Assembly: GCA_036339735.1 (NCBI GenBank)
Contig: JAYZAL010000057.1
Coordinates: forward strand, 1-16,284
From: Candidatus Poribacteria bacterium
GTDB lineage: Bacteria; Poribacteria; WGA-4E; UBA9662
Direction: 5' to 3'
DNA length: 16,284 nt
In this document: one piece after another, positions 7,136 to 16,284 of the stretch
How positions within the stretch are numbered: the stretch's first letter is position 1
Layout: each line of letters starts with the position of its first letter
Made by a program: the position numbers and the translations under genes
The notes under the pieces: model-generated
What the model was told of the DNA's origin: nothing
The model's database searches: none
The model's input: only the letters and a program-made list of their open reading frames with translations

Positions 7136-8035
7136 TTACCAACCCAAATGGTTGTGCAAAAATTGGCGATTGTTCTTAGCGCACTGTAGAGCATCGATAC
7201 CACTATCTGGCAGAATGTCTTGTTCGACTGTTCCCCAACCATTGTAATTCATGTTGATTAACACGTTCTTAATACTTTCCCAATCGATTGTGCCTTCTCC
7301 TAATGAAGGAAAAACTCCGGAGGCAACCCCGTCGAAATAGTCACCTTGACGATCTAAAACCTGTGTTCTCACACGATTATCACACTCCTTGATATGCATA
7401 TACCAGACACGATCCTTCCACTGGCTCAACACATCGACTGGATTTCCTCCTCCATATGCTACATGAGCCATATCGAAGCAGAGCCCCACGTAATTGGGAT
7501 TAGTCCGAGACAGCAAAGCCGAAATTTCAAAATCAGTTTCGAAGTAGCCTCCAACGTGTGGGTGGAGACAAGTTTTGAGACCGTATTGTTCCCAAGCTAA
7601 TTGAGCAAAAACGTTGACATTACTGGCAACTTGATCCCAAGTTGTACTATCTAGACTATCTTGGTGGCGAATTTGCCCAGCTCTTTTGGCTCGATTTTCT
7701 TCCACAAATAGAGAATCTGAAAGTACAAGATATTCACATTTCATTTCCGACAAGACTTCGATGGTTTCTAAGGCTTCCGTATATACCGTTTCGTCTTTTT
7801 TGCCTTTCAGAAAATTGAAAATTATAAAGGCCGAAATCAAGGATAGGTTACGACTTGCAAGTTCATCAGTGAGTTGAGGAATATCGAATGGTAAATAACC
7901 ATATGGGCCAAGTTCTGTACCATGATATCCAGCTTTCCTTATTTGGTCTAGAACAACTTGGTAAGGTGGAACATTAGGTGTATCCTTCATTAGGACTCCC
8001 CAAGATACAGGGGCTGTGGCGATTTGAATTTGCAT
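7136..8035 (-). CDS. IolE/MocC-like (2-keto-myo-inositol dehydratase-like) xylose-isomerase TIM-barrel protein
   Basis: Motifs APVSWG, GYHGTELGPYG, HPHVGGYFET, FDMAHVAYGG, HIKE, GVFPSLGEGTID, WGTVEQD. ATG 8035 follows a GGAG SD and is preferred over 8053. Confidence 0.85.
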   Translation of the reverse strand: MQIQIATAPVSWGVLMKDTPNVPPYQVVLDQIRKAGYHGTELGPYGYLPFDIPQLTDELASRNLSLISAFIIFNFLKGKKDETVYTEALETIEVLSEMKCEYLVLSDSLFVEENRAKRAGQIRHQDSLDSTTWDQVASNVNVFAQLAWEQYGLKTCLHPHVGGYFETDFEISALLSRTNPNYVGLCFDMAHVAYGGGNPVDVLSQWKDRVWYMHIKECDNRVRTQVLDRQGDYFDGVASGVFPSLGEGTIDWESIKNVLINMNYNGWGTVEQDILPDSGIDALQCAKNNRQFLHNHLGW

Positions 8036-8166
8036 CCGAAGAACTCCGTGCATTTATGGATTAGAATTGTCGCGGCCTATCATACCTAACACAGAACCGC
8101 AACGACCTTGAACTTTCACCTGATCTATTGTAGGGTGAGTAGGCTCAAAATTTAAAGGTTCACAAA

Positions 8167-8571
8167 ATGAAGTATATAGTTAAATCTGATGATGTAAATT
8201 GGCAACCTAAGTTCTTTCCCAATGAGGAGCAACAGTATGGCGAATTCAAACCACTGTGGCAAATACATGGAATGGAACAAATTGAGGTGAGAATCACAAA
8301 AATTCCCGCTCAAGGCACCCATACGAAATACCATACCCACACCAAGGAAGAAGAGTGGTTTTACGTACTAGAAGGCAGTTGTCATATCAATATAGAAGGT
8401 CAGTGGGAAAAAGTAGCCACTGGCGATTCCATCTATAAACCACCCGGTGTTTTTCATATCTTTCGAAATTTCGGCGACCAGCCCTGTTTGGTTATAATGC
8501 TTGGTACCAATATCGAAGGAAGCGATGTTTTGCGGGCAACCGAGCCATCACCACCAGTTAATCTTGATTAA
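8167..8571 (+). CDS. Cupin domain protein
   Basis: Cupin motif 1 GTHTKYHTHTKEEEWFYVLEG and motif 2 GDSIYKPPGVFHIFRN. AAAGG SD upstream. Confidence 0.92.
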   Translation: MKYIVKSDDVNWQPKFFPNEEQQYGEFKPLWQIHGMEQIEVRITKIPAQGTHTKYHTHTKEEEWFYVLEGSCHINIEGQWEKVATGDSIYKPPGVFHIFRNFGDQPCLVIMLGTNIEGSDVLRATEPSPPVNLD

Positions 8572-8594
8572 ATAAAATGACTATGCTTCTGCAA

Positions 8595-9368
8595 TTACTT
8601 TCCCATCTCCCGTAATGCATCTAAACATTGCCTAGGTATTTCAAAACCAAATCCGTCTGGGCCACCCTGTTCAACTACATACCATTCGGTATTTTGGTTA
8701 TTCTCGCAAAGATGAAAAATTTTCTCCCAATCGCCTTCTCCGCTACCGATTATGGAATTTGCCGGGTTACCATACTCCCCCAAGTGTACCGATCGAGCTC
8801 TATGTGGAAAAGCCTCTAATACGGCAACTGGGTCTCCTCCGCCCCCCGCACAGTTTCTAGTATCTAACTGCATTATGACTTCTGGTTTGGTTAAAGAAAA
8901 GAGATGATTCCAAGCCGTTTCTCCCGAGACCTTTTCAAAGTCAAATCCGTGTGCATGATAACCTGCAAACATTTCTTCATCGGCTAATTGGTCAGCCGCT
9001 TGATCTAGAATTACTCCCAATTCTCTGATGGTGTCCATACTACTCATTCGACTTTGATCTCCAGCTACGATAAGAAATCGATTGCCCAAGGTTTGATTGA
9101 ACTCGATGGTCCGAGTAAGGTTGTCACCTAACAAAGCCTGTGTACTTAGATGGATACCACAACAAGTTAGCCCATTGTCATCCAGAATTTGTCGAAGTTC
9201 TGTGCAAGAATAACCCATCCATTCTAGACTTTCACCGCCATATCCCCAAGGTTCAACTGCTACGTAACCCATTTGATTAATTTCTTTCAAGGTGGCTGGT
9301 AAGTTTTTGCTACATTCACCACGAACTGAGAAAAGTTGAAGCCCTATCGGAATTTTATTTTTTGTCAT
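8595..9368 (-). CDS. Sugar phosphate isomerase/epimerase family (xylose-isomerase-like TIM barrel)
   Basis: Motifs IGLQLFSVR, GYVAVE, GYHAHGFDF, MQLD, GSGEGDW, WYVVEQ. Strong SD AAGGGAG upstream of ATG. Confidence 0.9.
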   Translation of the reverse strand: MTKNKIPIGLQLFSVRGECSKNLPATLKEINQMGYVAVEPWGYGGESLEWMGYSCTELRQILDDNGLTCCGIHLSTQALLGDNLTRTIEFNQTLGNRFLIVAGDQSRMSSMDTIRELGVILDQAADQLADEEMFAGYHAHGFDFEKVSGETAWNHLFSLTKPEVIMQLDTRNCAGGGGDPVAVLEAFPHRARSVHLGEYGNPANSIIGSGEGDWEKIFHLCENNQNTEWYVVEQGGPDGFGFEIPRQCLDALREMGK

Positions 9369-9385
9369 ATTCTAACTCCCTTACT

Positions 9386-10060
9386 TTAGTGGGTTAAGAC
9401 ATAAGTAATAATGTTTACAGCCATTCGAGCTGCTTGTTGTCTAAGGTGAGGTGGATCGTCAGGATGGATTTTTTTATCTTCTAAACCATCTCCAATGTCA
9501 GAACTGTAAGCATAAAAAACTACCAATCGTCCATCATGAAATAGGCCGAAACCCTGAGCTGGATCGCCGTCATGTTGATGTATTTTTGGTAAGCCTTTTA
9601 GATCGTAAAAACAGTGATAGATTGGATGATCGTTGGGTATCGGTTTTAACTGTTTTTTTGGAAAGACTTTTTTGATTTCACGACGGAAACTCACGTCTAG
9701 ACCATAGTCATCATTAACGAACAAGAAACCGCCAGAATTGAGATACTCCCGTAAAGACTTAGTTTCTGCAGTAGACAGCTGAATGTTCCCGTGTCCAACT
9801 AAATATAAGAATGGATACTGGTAAAGGCCACGATCTGTTAATCGAACTATTACTCTTTGGTTAGATACATTCATACCTAGGCGTTTTTTCAAAATTCTGA
9901 GCCAATTGCTAACCGCAGTCTGATCCCCGTACCAGTCCCCTCCACCACCGTAACGAATCTGGGCAATCTCAAATTTCTCAGCGTTAGGAGAAACAATCAA
10001 AACAAACAATAGTAGGAAAATAACGACGATGTGAGTTAGTCTGTTCTGCATTGATTTCAT
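9386..10060 (-). CDS. DUF4159 domain protein with signal peptide
   Basis: Motifs IAQIRYGGGGDWY, YPFLYLVGHG, LREYLNSGGFLFVNDDYG, HPIYH, LPKIHQHDG, DIGDG, MAVNIITYVLTH. ATG at 10060 (4 bp after the UxaA-family stop) or 10051 gives a proper signal peptide. The 10144 start would overlap the upstream gene. Confidence 0.88.
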   Translation of the reverse strand: MKSMQNRLTHIVVIFLLLFVLIVSPNAEKFEIAQIRYGGGGDWYGDQTAVSNWLRILKKRLGMNVSNQRVIVRLTDRGLYQYPFLYLVGHGNIQLSTAETKSLREYLNSGGFLFVNDDYGLDVSFRREIKKVFPKKQLKPIPNDHPIYHCFYDLKGLPKIHQHDGDPAQGFGLFHDGRLVVFYAYSSDIGDGLEDKKIHPDDPPHLRQQAARMAVNIITYVLTH

Positions 10061-10064
10061 AGAC

Positions 10065-12773
10065 CTATAGGCTAATACCCAGCAATCCCCGGGTAACCTG
10101 AAAATCAGTATTGCCGTAGCTATGAAGTTTTGGGATGTACTCACGGGACGCCACTCTCTGAATCAAAACTAGCAGCTGTTTAAACGCAATATCATTGCTC
10201 ACGAAATCTAAGTCAGAACCGTACATCTCTATAGTCGGAAGGTGACTTGAAAATTGTAGAACGGGAATAATCGGGTGAGATTGGATGGGTGTATTTATTA
10301 CATGAGCAATGACCAGATCAACGCCAGTAGCACCAAGACCTGTTAGGGTTTCAACTGCTTGTCCAGTTTGTGTATCCATAATGTGAAGACCGGGCTTAAT
10401 CTGGCACTCACCATACGAAAGCGTTTTTTTATCATGTTGTCCATCGACCAACTCCACAAAAGCTTCAGTTTGAATGAATGTTGCATTGTCAGGAATGACA
10501 ATAGTTCCGCCGGATTGGACTGCTATTTGTACTAATTGTGTTAGTGAAATAACCGATTGTTCACTCATCGAGCCAAAGGACAATAAACCGATTTTTAGAT
10601 TAGGCCAAGAACCTTCAGCTATTTGAGTTGGCATTTTTTGTTCTATTTTTTCCTGAAACCAATGCTCGACTTTTTTACTAACTGACTCGATACCGCCATC
10701 TAGCTGTACACTCGCCCATCCAAAACTATTTGTGTCACACCCCACATTTTCTATGGATTGACGTAGGTGGTCATTGTGTGTTTTTTCGCAACCATGCTCG
10801 AGTAAAACACCACAACCAACAGTTGGGTGAAGCAGATGACCGACTAATGTGCGAGTAAACATTTTTTCGGATTGACCGGCCGAGACCCCACACCCTTCAG
10901 TATGAACTAAACCATGAAAGCTAGAAATCCCTACTGACTGACCAAGTCGTTTATTATTGAGCTTTTTAGCAATCAGAGTGGAAATTTGACTTGAACACAG
11001 GCTAGTGGGTAATACTAAGCCAATTTGGTTGGTACGAATTCCATCTTGAGTTTCAATCCCCTGAAAACTAAATTGGCTAGCACTCTCAATCAAATCAGGA
11101 TTTTCAGTAGGAATAATTGATAATGGTTTTCCATCTGGTTCACGGGTGTTCTGTAATTGGATCAATTTCGAATCATCAGTTTGTCGCCAATCTCGCCAAA
11201 CCGAAATTTGAGAATGACCTGCTTTCTCGCCTATGCTCTTTTGACCACTTGCTATATTCAATGTTAAATCGAACAATTCCTGCCCCATTTGTTTCATTGA
11301 TATGCCATCTTGGTAACGGCCTGCATTAACATCCATATCATTCTGCAGCAATCTATAACGATCGGTGGTAGTGACGATTTTGATCGTTGGTACAAAAGGA
11401 AAGTTGGTGATAGAACCGTTACCAGTAACAAAGTAGATCATGTTGCAGCCAGAAGCTACTTGACCCGCAATACTCTCTAGGTCATTGCCTGGGCTATCCA
11501 TGAAATAATATCCAGCCTTAGTCATCGGTTCCCCATAATCTATAACCGCATCCAGTCGGACGTCGGGATGCCGCTTCATTGCAGCTCCAATCGACTTAAT
11601 GGCGATATTATACAAACCACGATAGAGATTGCCTCCAGAAGGGTTACCTTCTGCTGAGTGACCATGCCAGCTGGCTCTCTTCTGAAAGCTATTCTGTGTC
11701 TGCATGAATTTTTCCGCGACCTCCACGGATTTTACATTTTTCAATGCGTAGGGCTCAGCGCCAATCAATTCATCTGTTTCTGCTAAATTTGCACTTCCGC
11801 CATAGTGAATAACTTCTTTGGCGGCATAGGCCGCCAAGGGATTTCCCGAAACTCCAGAGAAAGCATCTGAACCACCGCATTGCAATGCCAACTTAAGATA
11901 GTCGACCGACTGTTTAGTACGTGGCGTTTGATTGACCTTGGGTATCCAATTTTCAATAGTTTGTTTTGCTTGAACTACCTTCTGTTCAAAACTACCTTGG
12001 ATGGACATAAAACGATGAGGCATGGACTGAATTGGGTAAATTTGTTTACCTTGTCCTTCCATAAATTGTTGTACCATCCGATTATTAACGGATTCAGTTG
12101 AGTAATCGACCATTAGAAAGGCGCCAACATTGGAGTGAGTCGCAAAACCAGCGAGGGTACGCAAAAGTAACTGTAAGTTATTGGGTTGATGTAACTCACC
12201 TCCCTCAGTGTGTGTTACTGCAACTACTCCATCTACGTTTGCGTATTTGGTAGTATCAAACTGATTTGCTACTTGTCGAGCGAAACTAGATGTCCGAGAA
12301 GTAGTACCAATGACCACAATATAGTTGCGAGTCCCAACACCTCTGCCACCATCTCGAAAAAAGCCATTGAAATGACGTATAGTCTCAGAAGGATTGATCT
12401 GGGGACCAACCTGAAAATCACCTTTACTCAAGTCAAAGCTTGGAATGTCATCAATGAAGTTACAACGATCTGGAAGATCAAATTCGAGGGAACGACCTTC
12501 TAAGGCTGCTAACATTTTTGGGTTACAAACATATTCACCTGCTTTTATCACAGATGTTGCTGTGCCGAAAGGTAATCCCCAAGATAACAGATATTCACCT
12601 TCATCAATGTTAGAGAAGGCAAATCGATGCCCTTCCAGTACAGTGTGTGAGATTGAGAATTTCCGCCCCCCGCACTGAATGCTTACTCCAGCATCAATGA
12701 TTTTGGTAGCAATTGCCACATTGTCGCCATCGGCTGGTAATAGGGCAACTTCATCAAAATTAAAACTAATCAT
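10065..12773 (-). CDS. Long-form UxaA/GarD-family (altronate/galactarate) dehydratase: SAF domain, complete dehydratase module, second partial module
   Basis: SAF N-terminus (DNVAIA...GHRFA...WGLPFG), GVGTRN, LQCGGSDAFSGVSGNP, AETDELIGAE, GNPSGGNLYRGL, KSIGA, DSPGNDLES, FVTGNG, PTIKI. At 902 aa it is far longer than the ~500 aa of E. coli UxaA/GarD. Confidence 0.9.
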   Translation of the reverse strand: MISFNFDEVALLPADGDNVAIATKIIDAGVSIQCGGRKFSISHTVLEGHRFAFSNIDEGEYLLSWGLPFGTATSVIKAGEYVCNPKMLAALEGRSLEFDLPDRCNFIDDIPSFDLSKGDFQVGPQINPSETIRHFNGFFRDGGRGVGTRNYIVVIGTTSRTSSFARQVANQFDTTKYANVDGVVAVTHTEGGELHQPNNLQLLLRTLAGFATHSNVGAFLMVDYSTESVNNRMVQQFMEGQGKQIYPIQSMPHRFMSIQGSFEQKVVQAKQTIENWIPKVNQTPRTKQSVDYLKLALQCGGSDAFSGVSGNPLAAYAAKEVIHYGGSANLAETDELIGAEPYALKNVKSVEVAEKFMQTQNSFQKRASWHGHSAEGNPSGGNLYRGLYNIAIKSIGAAMKRHPDVRLDAVIDYGEPMTKAGYYFMDSPGNDLESIAGQVASGCNMIYFVTGNGSITNFPFVPTIKIVTTTDRYRLLQNDMDVNAGRYQDGISMKQMGQELFDLTLNIASGQKSIGEKAGHSQISVWRDWRQTDDSKLIQLQNTREPDGKPLSIIPTENPDLIESASQFSFQGIETQDGIRTNQIGLVLPTSLCSSQISTLIAKKLNNKRLGQSVGISSFHGLVHTEGCGVSAGQSEKMFTRTLVGHLLHPTVGCGVLLEHGCEKTHNDHLRQSIENVGCDTNSFGWASVQLDGGIESVSKKVEHWFQEKIEQKMPTQIAEGSWPNLKIGLLSFGSMSEQSVISLTQLVQIAVQSGGTIVIPDNATFIQTEAFVELVDGQHDKKTLSYGECQIKPGLHIMDTQTGQAVETLTGLGATGVDLVIAHVINTPIQSHPIIPVLQFSSHLPTIEMYGSDLDFVSNDIAFKQLLVLIQRVASREYIPKLHSYGNTDFQVTRGLLGISL

Positions 12774-13001
12774 AAAATATTTTCAGTTAATCTACCATCC
12801 TCCGAGAAGTTAGAAAAACTAAGACTCCTTTTTATATTTTATATTATGTTTAAACGATCTAACTAGCCGTTATGTGGTTATTTACCTGTACACTGTCTAG
12901 GCATCTAAGGAAACATATTATCTCGAATGGATAAAATATATAAGGTAATCCTGATTTTTGGTTTGGGTAGACTACTGTGATATATGGATTTCCGTTGATG
13001 A

Positions 13002-15134
13002 TTACTTATCTTTATATACCCGGCGAAAGGCATTAGGCATTTGAAAAAAAAGTCCACCGGTCTCTGATGCTAAAAGGGTTTGAAACTTATTGTTTCGAGT
13101 GGACACACCAAATACGAAAACTCGTACGGCTAAATCTTTACAGACTTGTAAAGCCTTATCCGACGAGTAGGTACCGGTGGCTAGTTCATCTGTCATAACG
13201 ACAACATATCGGGCAGATCCAGTACGAAACTTGAACCTAGGCAATCCATCAACTATAGCATTAAGCAGTTGTTCATCACCACCAAAGGGATCAGTCAACG
13301 CAACCTCGATATCACTCTCGCTCAATGGACTATGTTTTCCTGAATCTAGAGTGAGTATTTTGGCTCCATCTATAACCCTAATGGCATCAGTGGCTACGGC
13401 AAAACGGATTAGACCAACATGGTAGTCAATAGGTAACAAATCCATTTCCTGATAAAATTCGGCAATTCCATGAGATAGAGCTTGAGATTTGCCACTCATA
13501 CTTCGGCTATAGTCAAACATCAACACAATATCTGCCTTCCCTTCATCACTAGTTGATTCTGGTGAAGCATTAAATATATTCAGTTGATTGTTTTTATATT
13601 CAACAGTATACGCTCGATCCATAGTTTGATCAAGAGTGATAGAACTCATCGTGTCTGAGTTGTCCAGATTTTGTCTGCTTACGTAGTATGGTGATAGGTG
13701 ATTATAAATTCTCCAACGATTTCTACCAATGCGTTTAAACTGAGCGTTGTCAGCAAAAGTGAGCCCACGTTTGTCAAATGCGTACCGTACACCACTGAAA
13801 ATTTGGTTATCTATTTCCAAATCACTTAGGTTTTCTGGATTTGAAATGTGAAAATCAATTGGGAAAAGTTGCGTAGCTGAACGTCTAATTTCAGCCGAAA
13901 TACGACGAAACACATTAACTAGACTTTCGTTAGATTTTCTATGTGATGGTAAGCTACCAGTGGTAAAAGTGCCACCTGGGATTTCCTGCCACAAGCCATT
14001 AGTTCTGCGAGCCAACTGCTTTTGAAATGGCTCATCGAATCCGAGAACATTAACTGATATCTCCGACAGGTCGTAGCCAAGGTTGATTTTGTCCTGTAAA
14101 ACTTTTGTCATTTCAGGAGTTGCAGTTCCTGATGCTTCATCAGTGACTAGGATCAGGTGCTTATCCGCATCTATTTGAAACCGAACTGAATCGAGCGAAT
14201 AGAGTAGTGCGTCCAGTGCATATTCGTCTCCACTCATTCCTATCTTTTGCATCCGATTTTTCAGCAGACCAACATCGGGGCGTAATGGTTCCACATTCAT
14301 GGTTTTTTCGCCATGAAGGACACTAAATTCGATCATACCCAGAAAATACTCCAGCATATGTTCATCATAAGTATCGGTCATAGCGTACAGGTGTGCCGCA
14401 ACCTGTTGTATGTTATCTCTCATACTAGCACTAGTGTCTAGGAGAAAGACAACGTTTACTTTTCCCTTCTCGCTGGTTTCGACGATATGCTGAGCAATCT
14501 TTTGTAAGGCTTTAGCAAACGGGTTGTTGCTTTCAATTTCTCCATCAGCTCCAGTCCCATTTCTAGTAGGAAGTTCACCGATCATGCCGATATCAGTTGT
14601 TCCATCGGACTTGATAGATCCAATAATGCCATCATCATAGCTACGTACTCTTTGACGGAAACTTTGAATTTCTTCTTCCGCCGAATTTGTTAGCTGACTG
14701 ATTGGCTTCGATAATGAAGATTTGTCTTGGTCTAACCTTCGGTAGGTACTCATTTCAACTAATTTGTCATTTGAATTTGTCGGGGATTTGAGCGCATCAT
14801 ACACTAGAACTTCAGTCGAGGTTAGAACGGTCGTTTTGGTTTTATTATTGGCCGATTCCATTCGGATTGTTTGTGGGTGGAATTCCGTTTCGCTAACTGT
14901 TCGGCGTGGGGTGATTAGTCTCCGATCAGGGACCGGAGTTTTGGGTTGTTGTTTTCTTATTTCACTTTCATCGACTGCCGTAATTATTTCAACATTAACC
15001 GCGTCAGGTTGTATTTGCCACAGATTCGTCTTAGGTAGAAACACAGAAAAGTTTATCAGTGATAGGTGTATAACCAAAGATATTAGTAGAAAATTGAAGG
15101 TGCGCCTTAACCTAACATGACCTCGGCGCTCCAT
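13002..15134 (-). CDS. Membrane-anchored protein with two von Willebrand factor A (VWA) domains
   Basis: N-terminal anchor FLLISLVIHLSLINFSVFL, low-complexity linker, VWA1 VVFLLDTSASM...LILVTDE, VWA2 IVLMFDYSRSM...VVVMTDE, LASETGG. Confidence 0.88.
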   Translation of the reverse strand: MERRGHVRLRRTFNFLLISLVIHLSLINFSVFLPKTNLWQIQPDAVNVEIITAVDESEIRKQQPKTPVPDRRLITPRRTVSETEFHPQTIRMESANNKTKTTVLTSTEVLVYDALKSPTNSNDKLVEMSTYRRLDQDKSSLSKPISQLTNSAEEEIQSFRQRVRSYDDGIIGSIKSDGTTDIGMIGELPTRNGTGADGEIESNNPFAKALQKIAQHIVETSEKGKVNVVFLLDTSASMRDNIQQVAAHLYAMTDTYDEHMLEYFLGMIEFSVLHGEKTMNVEPLRPDVGLLKNRMQKIGMSGDEYALDALLYSLDSVRFQIDADKHLILVTDEASGTATPEMTKVLQDKINLGYDLSEISVNVLGFDEPFQKQLARRTNGLWQEIPGGTFTTGSLPSHRKSNESLVNVFRRISAEIRRSATQLFPIDFHISNPENLSDLEIDNQIFSGVRYAFDKRGLTFADNAQFKRIGRNRWRIYNHLSPYYVSRQNLDNSDTMSSITLDQTMDRAYTVEYKNNQLNIFNASPESTSDEGKADIVLMFDYSRSMSGKSQALSHGIAEFYQEMDLLPIDYHVGLIRFAVATDAIRVIDGAKILTLDSGKHSPLSESDIEVALTDPFGGDEQLLNAIVDGLPRFKFRTGSARYVVVMTDELATGTYSSDKALQVCKDLAVRVFVFGVSTRNNKFQTLLASETGGLFFQMPNAFRRVYKDK

Positions 15135-15146
15135 CAATTTATCGGT

Positions 15147-16217
15147 TTATCGATTTAGAGATAAAGGTAGGGTGGGTGAAAAGGGAAGCAAAACTACTCT
15201 ACCAGATTTGCGCCCATCATTGGTTTCTACCTCCACGGTAGAACCTTGATCAGTATAGGCGTTTCGAATGTAACACATCGCAATAGTCTGACCGAAACTA
15301 ATTGACTTAGTCGCACTGGTAATACGGCCTACGAGTTTTGATCCATCGAAGATTTGATCGCCTGGTTGTGGTGGTTGGTCGGCTTCGATCTCTAAGCCTC
15401 GCAACAACTTATTGGGATGTCCTCTGTACTTCATCCGAGCAACAATTTCTTGACCAATATAGCATCCTTTATCAAAACTAATGGCCCGGTCTAACTCTGC
15501 TTCCAAAGGAATAATGGAATCATCTAGTTCTGCTCCAAATTTCGGGATGCCAGCCTCAATGCGTAATATTTCCAGCGCTGACAAACCGACCGGTTGAATT
15601 TGGTATGATTGGCCTTTATCAAGTAATTTTTGCCACAATTCTGGTATTAAACTGGCTTTTTCAACAAGAAGGTTATAACCGACTTCCCCAGTTTCATTAG
15701 CTCGGACGCAAGTAACCCATTCTTGAGCCATTGATGACGAAATGTGAATCTGACGAACGATACTGTGATGTTCGTCCAAATCATCTAAGGAACAATCTAA
15801 GATGGATTCAGCTAACTCGGTTGATTTTGGACCGTTTACCGAAATTATCCCGGACTGATTTGTCAAATCAGTAATGGTAATATCTTCGGTGATTTGATAT
15901 TTATCGAGTTCTGTATGAAGCAATTTTTTAGATTCTGAAGAAGTAGTCATCAAATCAATCTCACTTCCTGTAACAACTAGCTTCATATCAGAAATGATTT
16001 TGCCTCGATTAGTTAAGATCAGATTGTAGTTACCTTGTCCAACACTTAGCCCTTCGACTGCATTAGACACAATTCTATTGAGGTATATTGAACGATCCGG
16101 CCCGTTAACGCGTAACCTGCCTCTGTAGGAAAGGTCGCTAATGCCGATAGCAGACCGAACAGCGGTAATTTCATTCTTAGTGTTGGTGTAACAATCTACA
16201 GGTCTGTGCTGGTTCAT
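15147..16217 (-). CDS. ygfZ: YgfZ/GcvT-family folate-binding protein (CAF17-like Fe-S cluster maturation factor)
   Basis: GcvT-fold motifs (DLSYRG, GPD, GKIISD, GEVGY, LRIEAG) plus the YgfZ signature KGCYIGQE. Confidence 0.88.
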   Translation of the reverse strand: MNQHRPVDCYTNTKNEITAVRSAIGISDLSYRGRLRVNGPDRSIYLNRIVSNAVEGLSVGQGNYNLILTNRGKIISDMKLVVTGSEIDLMTTSSESKKLLHTELDKYQITEDITITDLTNQSGIISVNGPKSTELAESILDCSLDDLDEHHSIVRQIHISSSMAQEWVTCVRANETGEVGYNLLVEKASLIPELWQKLLDKGQSYQIQPVGLSALEILRIEAGIPKFGAELDDSIIPLEAELDRAISFDKGCYIGQEIVARMKYRGHPNKLLRGLEIEADQPPQPGDQIFDGSKLVGRITSATKSISFGQTIAMCYIRNAYTDQGSTVEVETNDGRKSGRVVLLPFSPTLPLSLNR

Positions 16218-16284
16218 TTGTATGTCTATTCTTCCAATTAAAAACAGCTACTATTGTCCAATTTAGCAATAACGATTATATCTG

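Noticed and set aside
10061..10144. N-terminal extension of the DUF4159 ORF in the ORF track
   Set aside because: It overlaps the conserved-looking C-terminus of the UxaA-family gene (TRGLLGISL). The ATG at 10060 or 10051 gives a normal signal peptide.
12774..13001. 228-bp AT-rich intergenic region with AAGGAG and GGAGG words
   Set aside because: No credible ORF, hairpin or RNA motif. Probably just the promoter region of the UxaA-family operon, but I could not assign elements confidently.
997..15120. Remaining short ORFs in the track that overlap longer genes (e.g. 997-1194, 2302-2490, 3286-3513, 3938-4168, 4026-4211, 4627-4869, 7394-7600, 7686-7877, 8152-8340, 8628-8819, 9451-9675, 11117-11329, 11880-12101, 12210-12503, 12445-12678, 13177-13425, 14764-15120)
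   Set aside because: They overlap well-supported CDSs in antisense or alternative frames and show no motifs.
15147..16217. Calling this gene gcvT (glycine cleavage T protein)
   Set aside because: It has the YgfZ-specific KGCYxGQE motif, and no gcvH/gcvP genes are seen in the window.

Overview
Bacterial chromosomal window, AT-rich (roughly 40% GC by eye), gene-dense and mostly on the minus strand. The gene content resembles marine Candidatus Poribacteria or a related PVC/FCB-like lineage (DUF6785/DUF6784-type polytopic membrane protein, double-VWA protein, PhyH remnant); this taxonomy is inferred from remembered family distributions. Left to right: (1) a minus-strand run of three hypothetical genes, including a membrane-anchored VWA-like protein with an acidic tail and a truncated acidic protein with a recent 84-bp in-frame duplication; (2) a divergent plus-strand four-gene cassette of a 2[4Fe-4S] ferredoxin, a 4-TM protein and two small membrane proteins (53 and 40 aa) missed by the ORF track; (3) a DUF6785/6784-like membrane protein that probably starts at a non-canonical codon; (4) a decayed phytanoyl-CoA dioxygenase (PhyH) pseudogene in the apparent intergenic gap; (5) a sugar/sugar-acid catabolism cluster (IolE-like TIM barrel, cupin, second TIM-barrel isomerase, DUF4159, internally duplicated 902-aa UxaA-family dehydratase); (6) a double-VWA protein and ygfZ. 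I see no rRNA, tRNA, CRISPR array or mobile element. The best candidates for an undescribed system are the ferredoxin/small-membrane-protein cassette and the duplicated UxaA with its catabolic neighbours. All family assignments come from motif recognition by eye, not from database searches.
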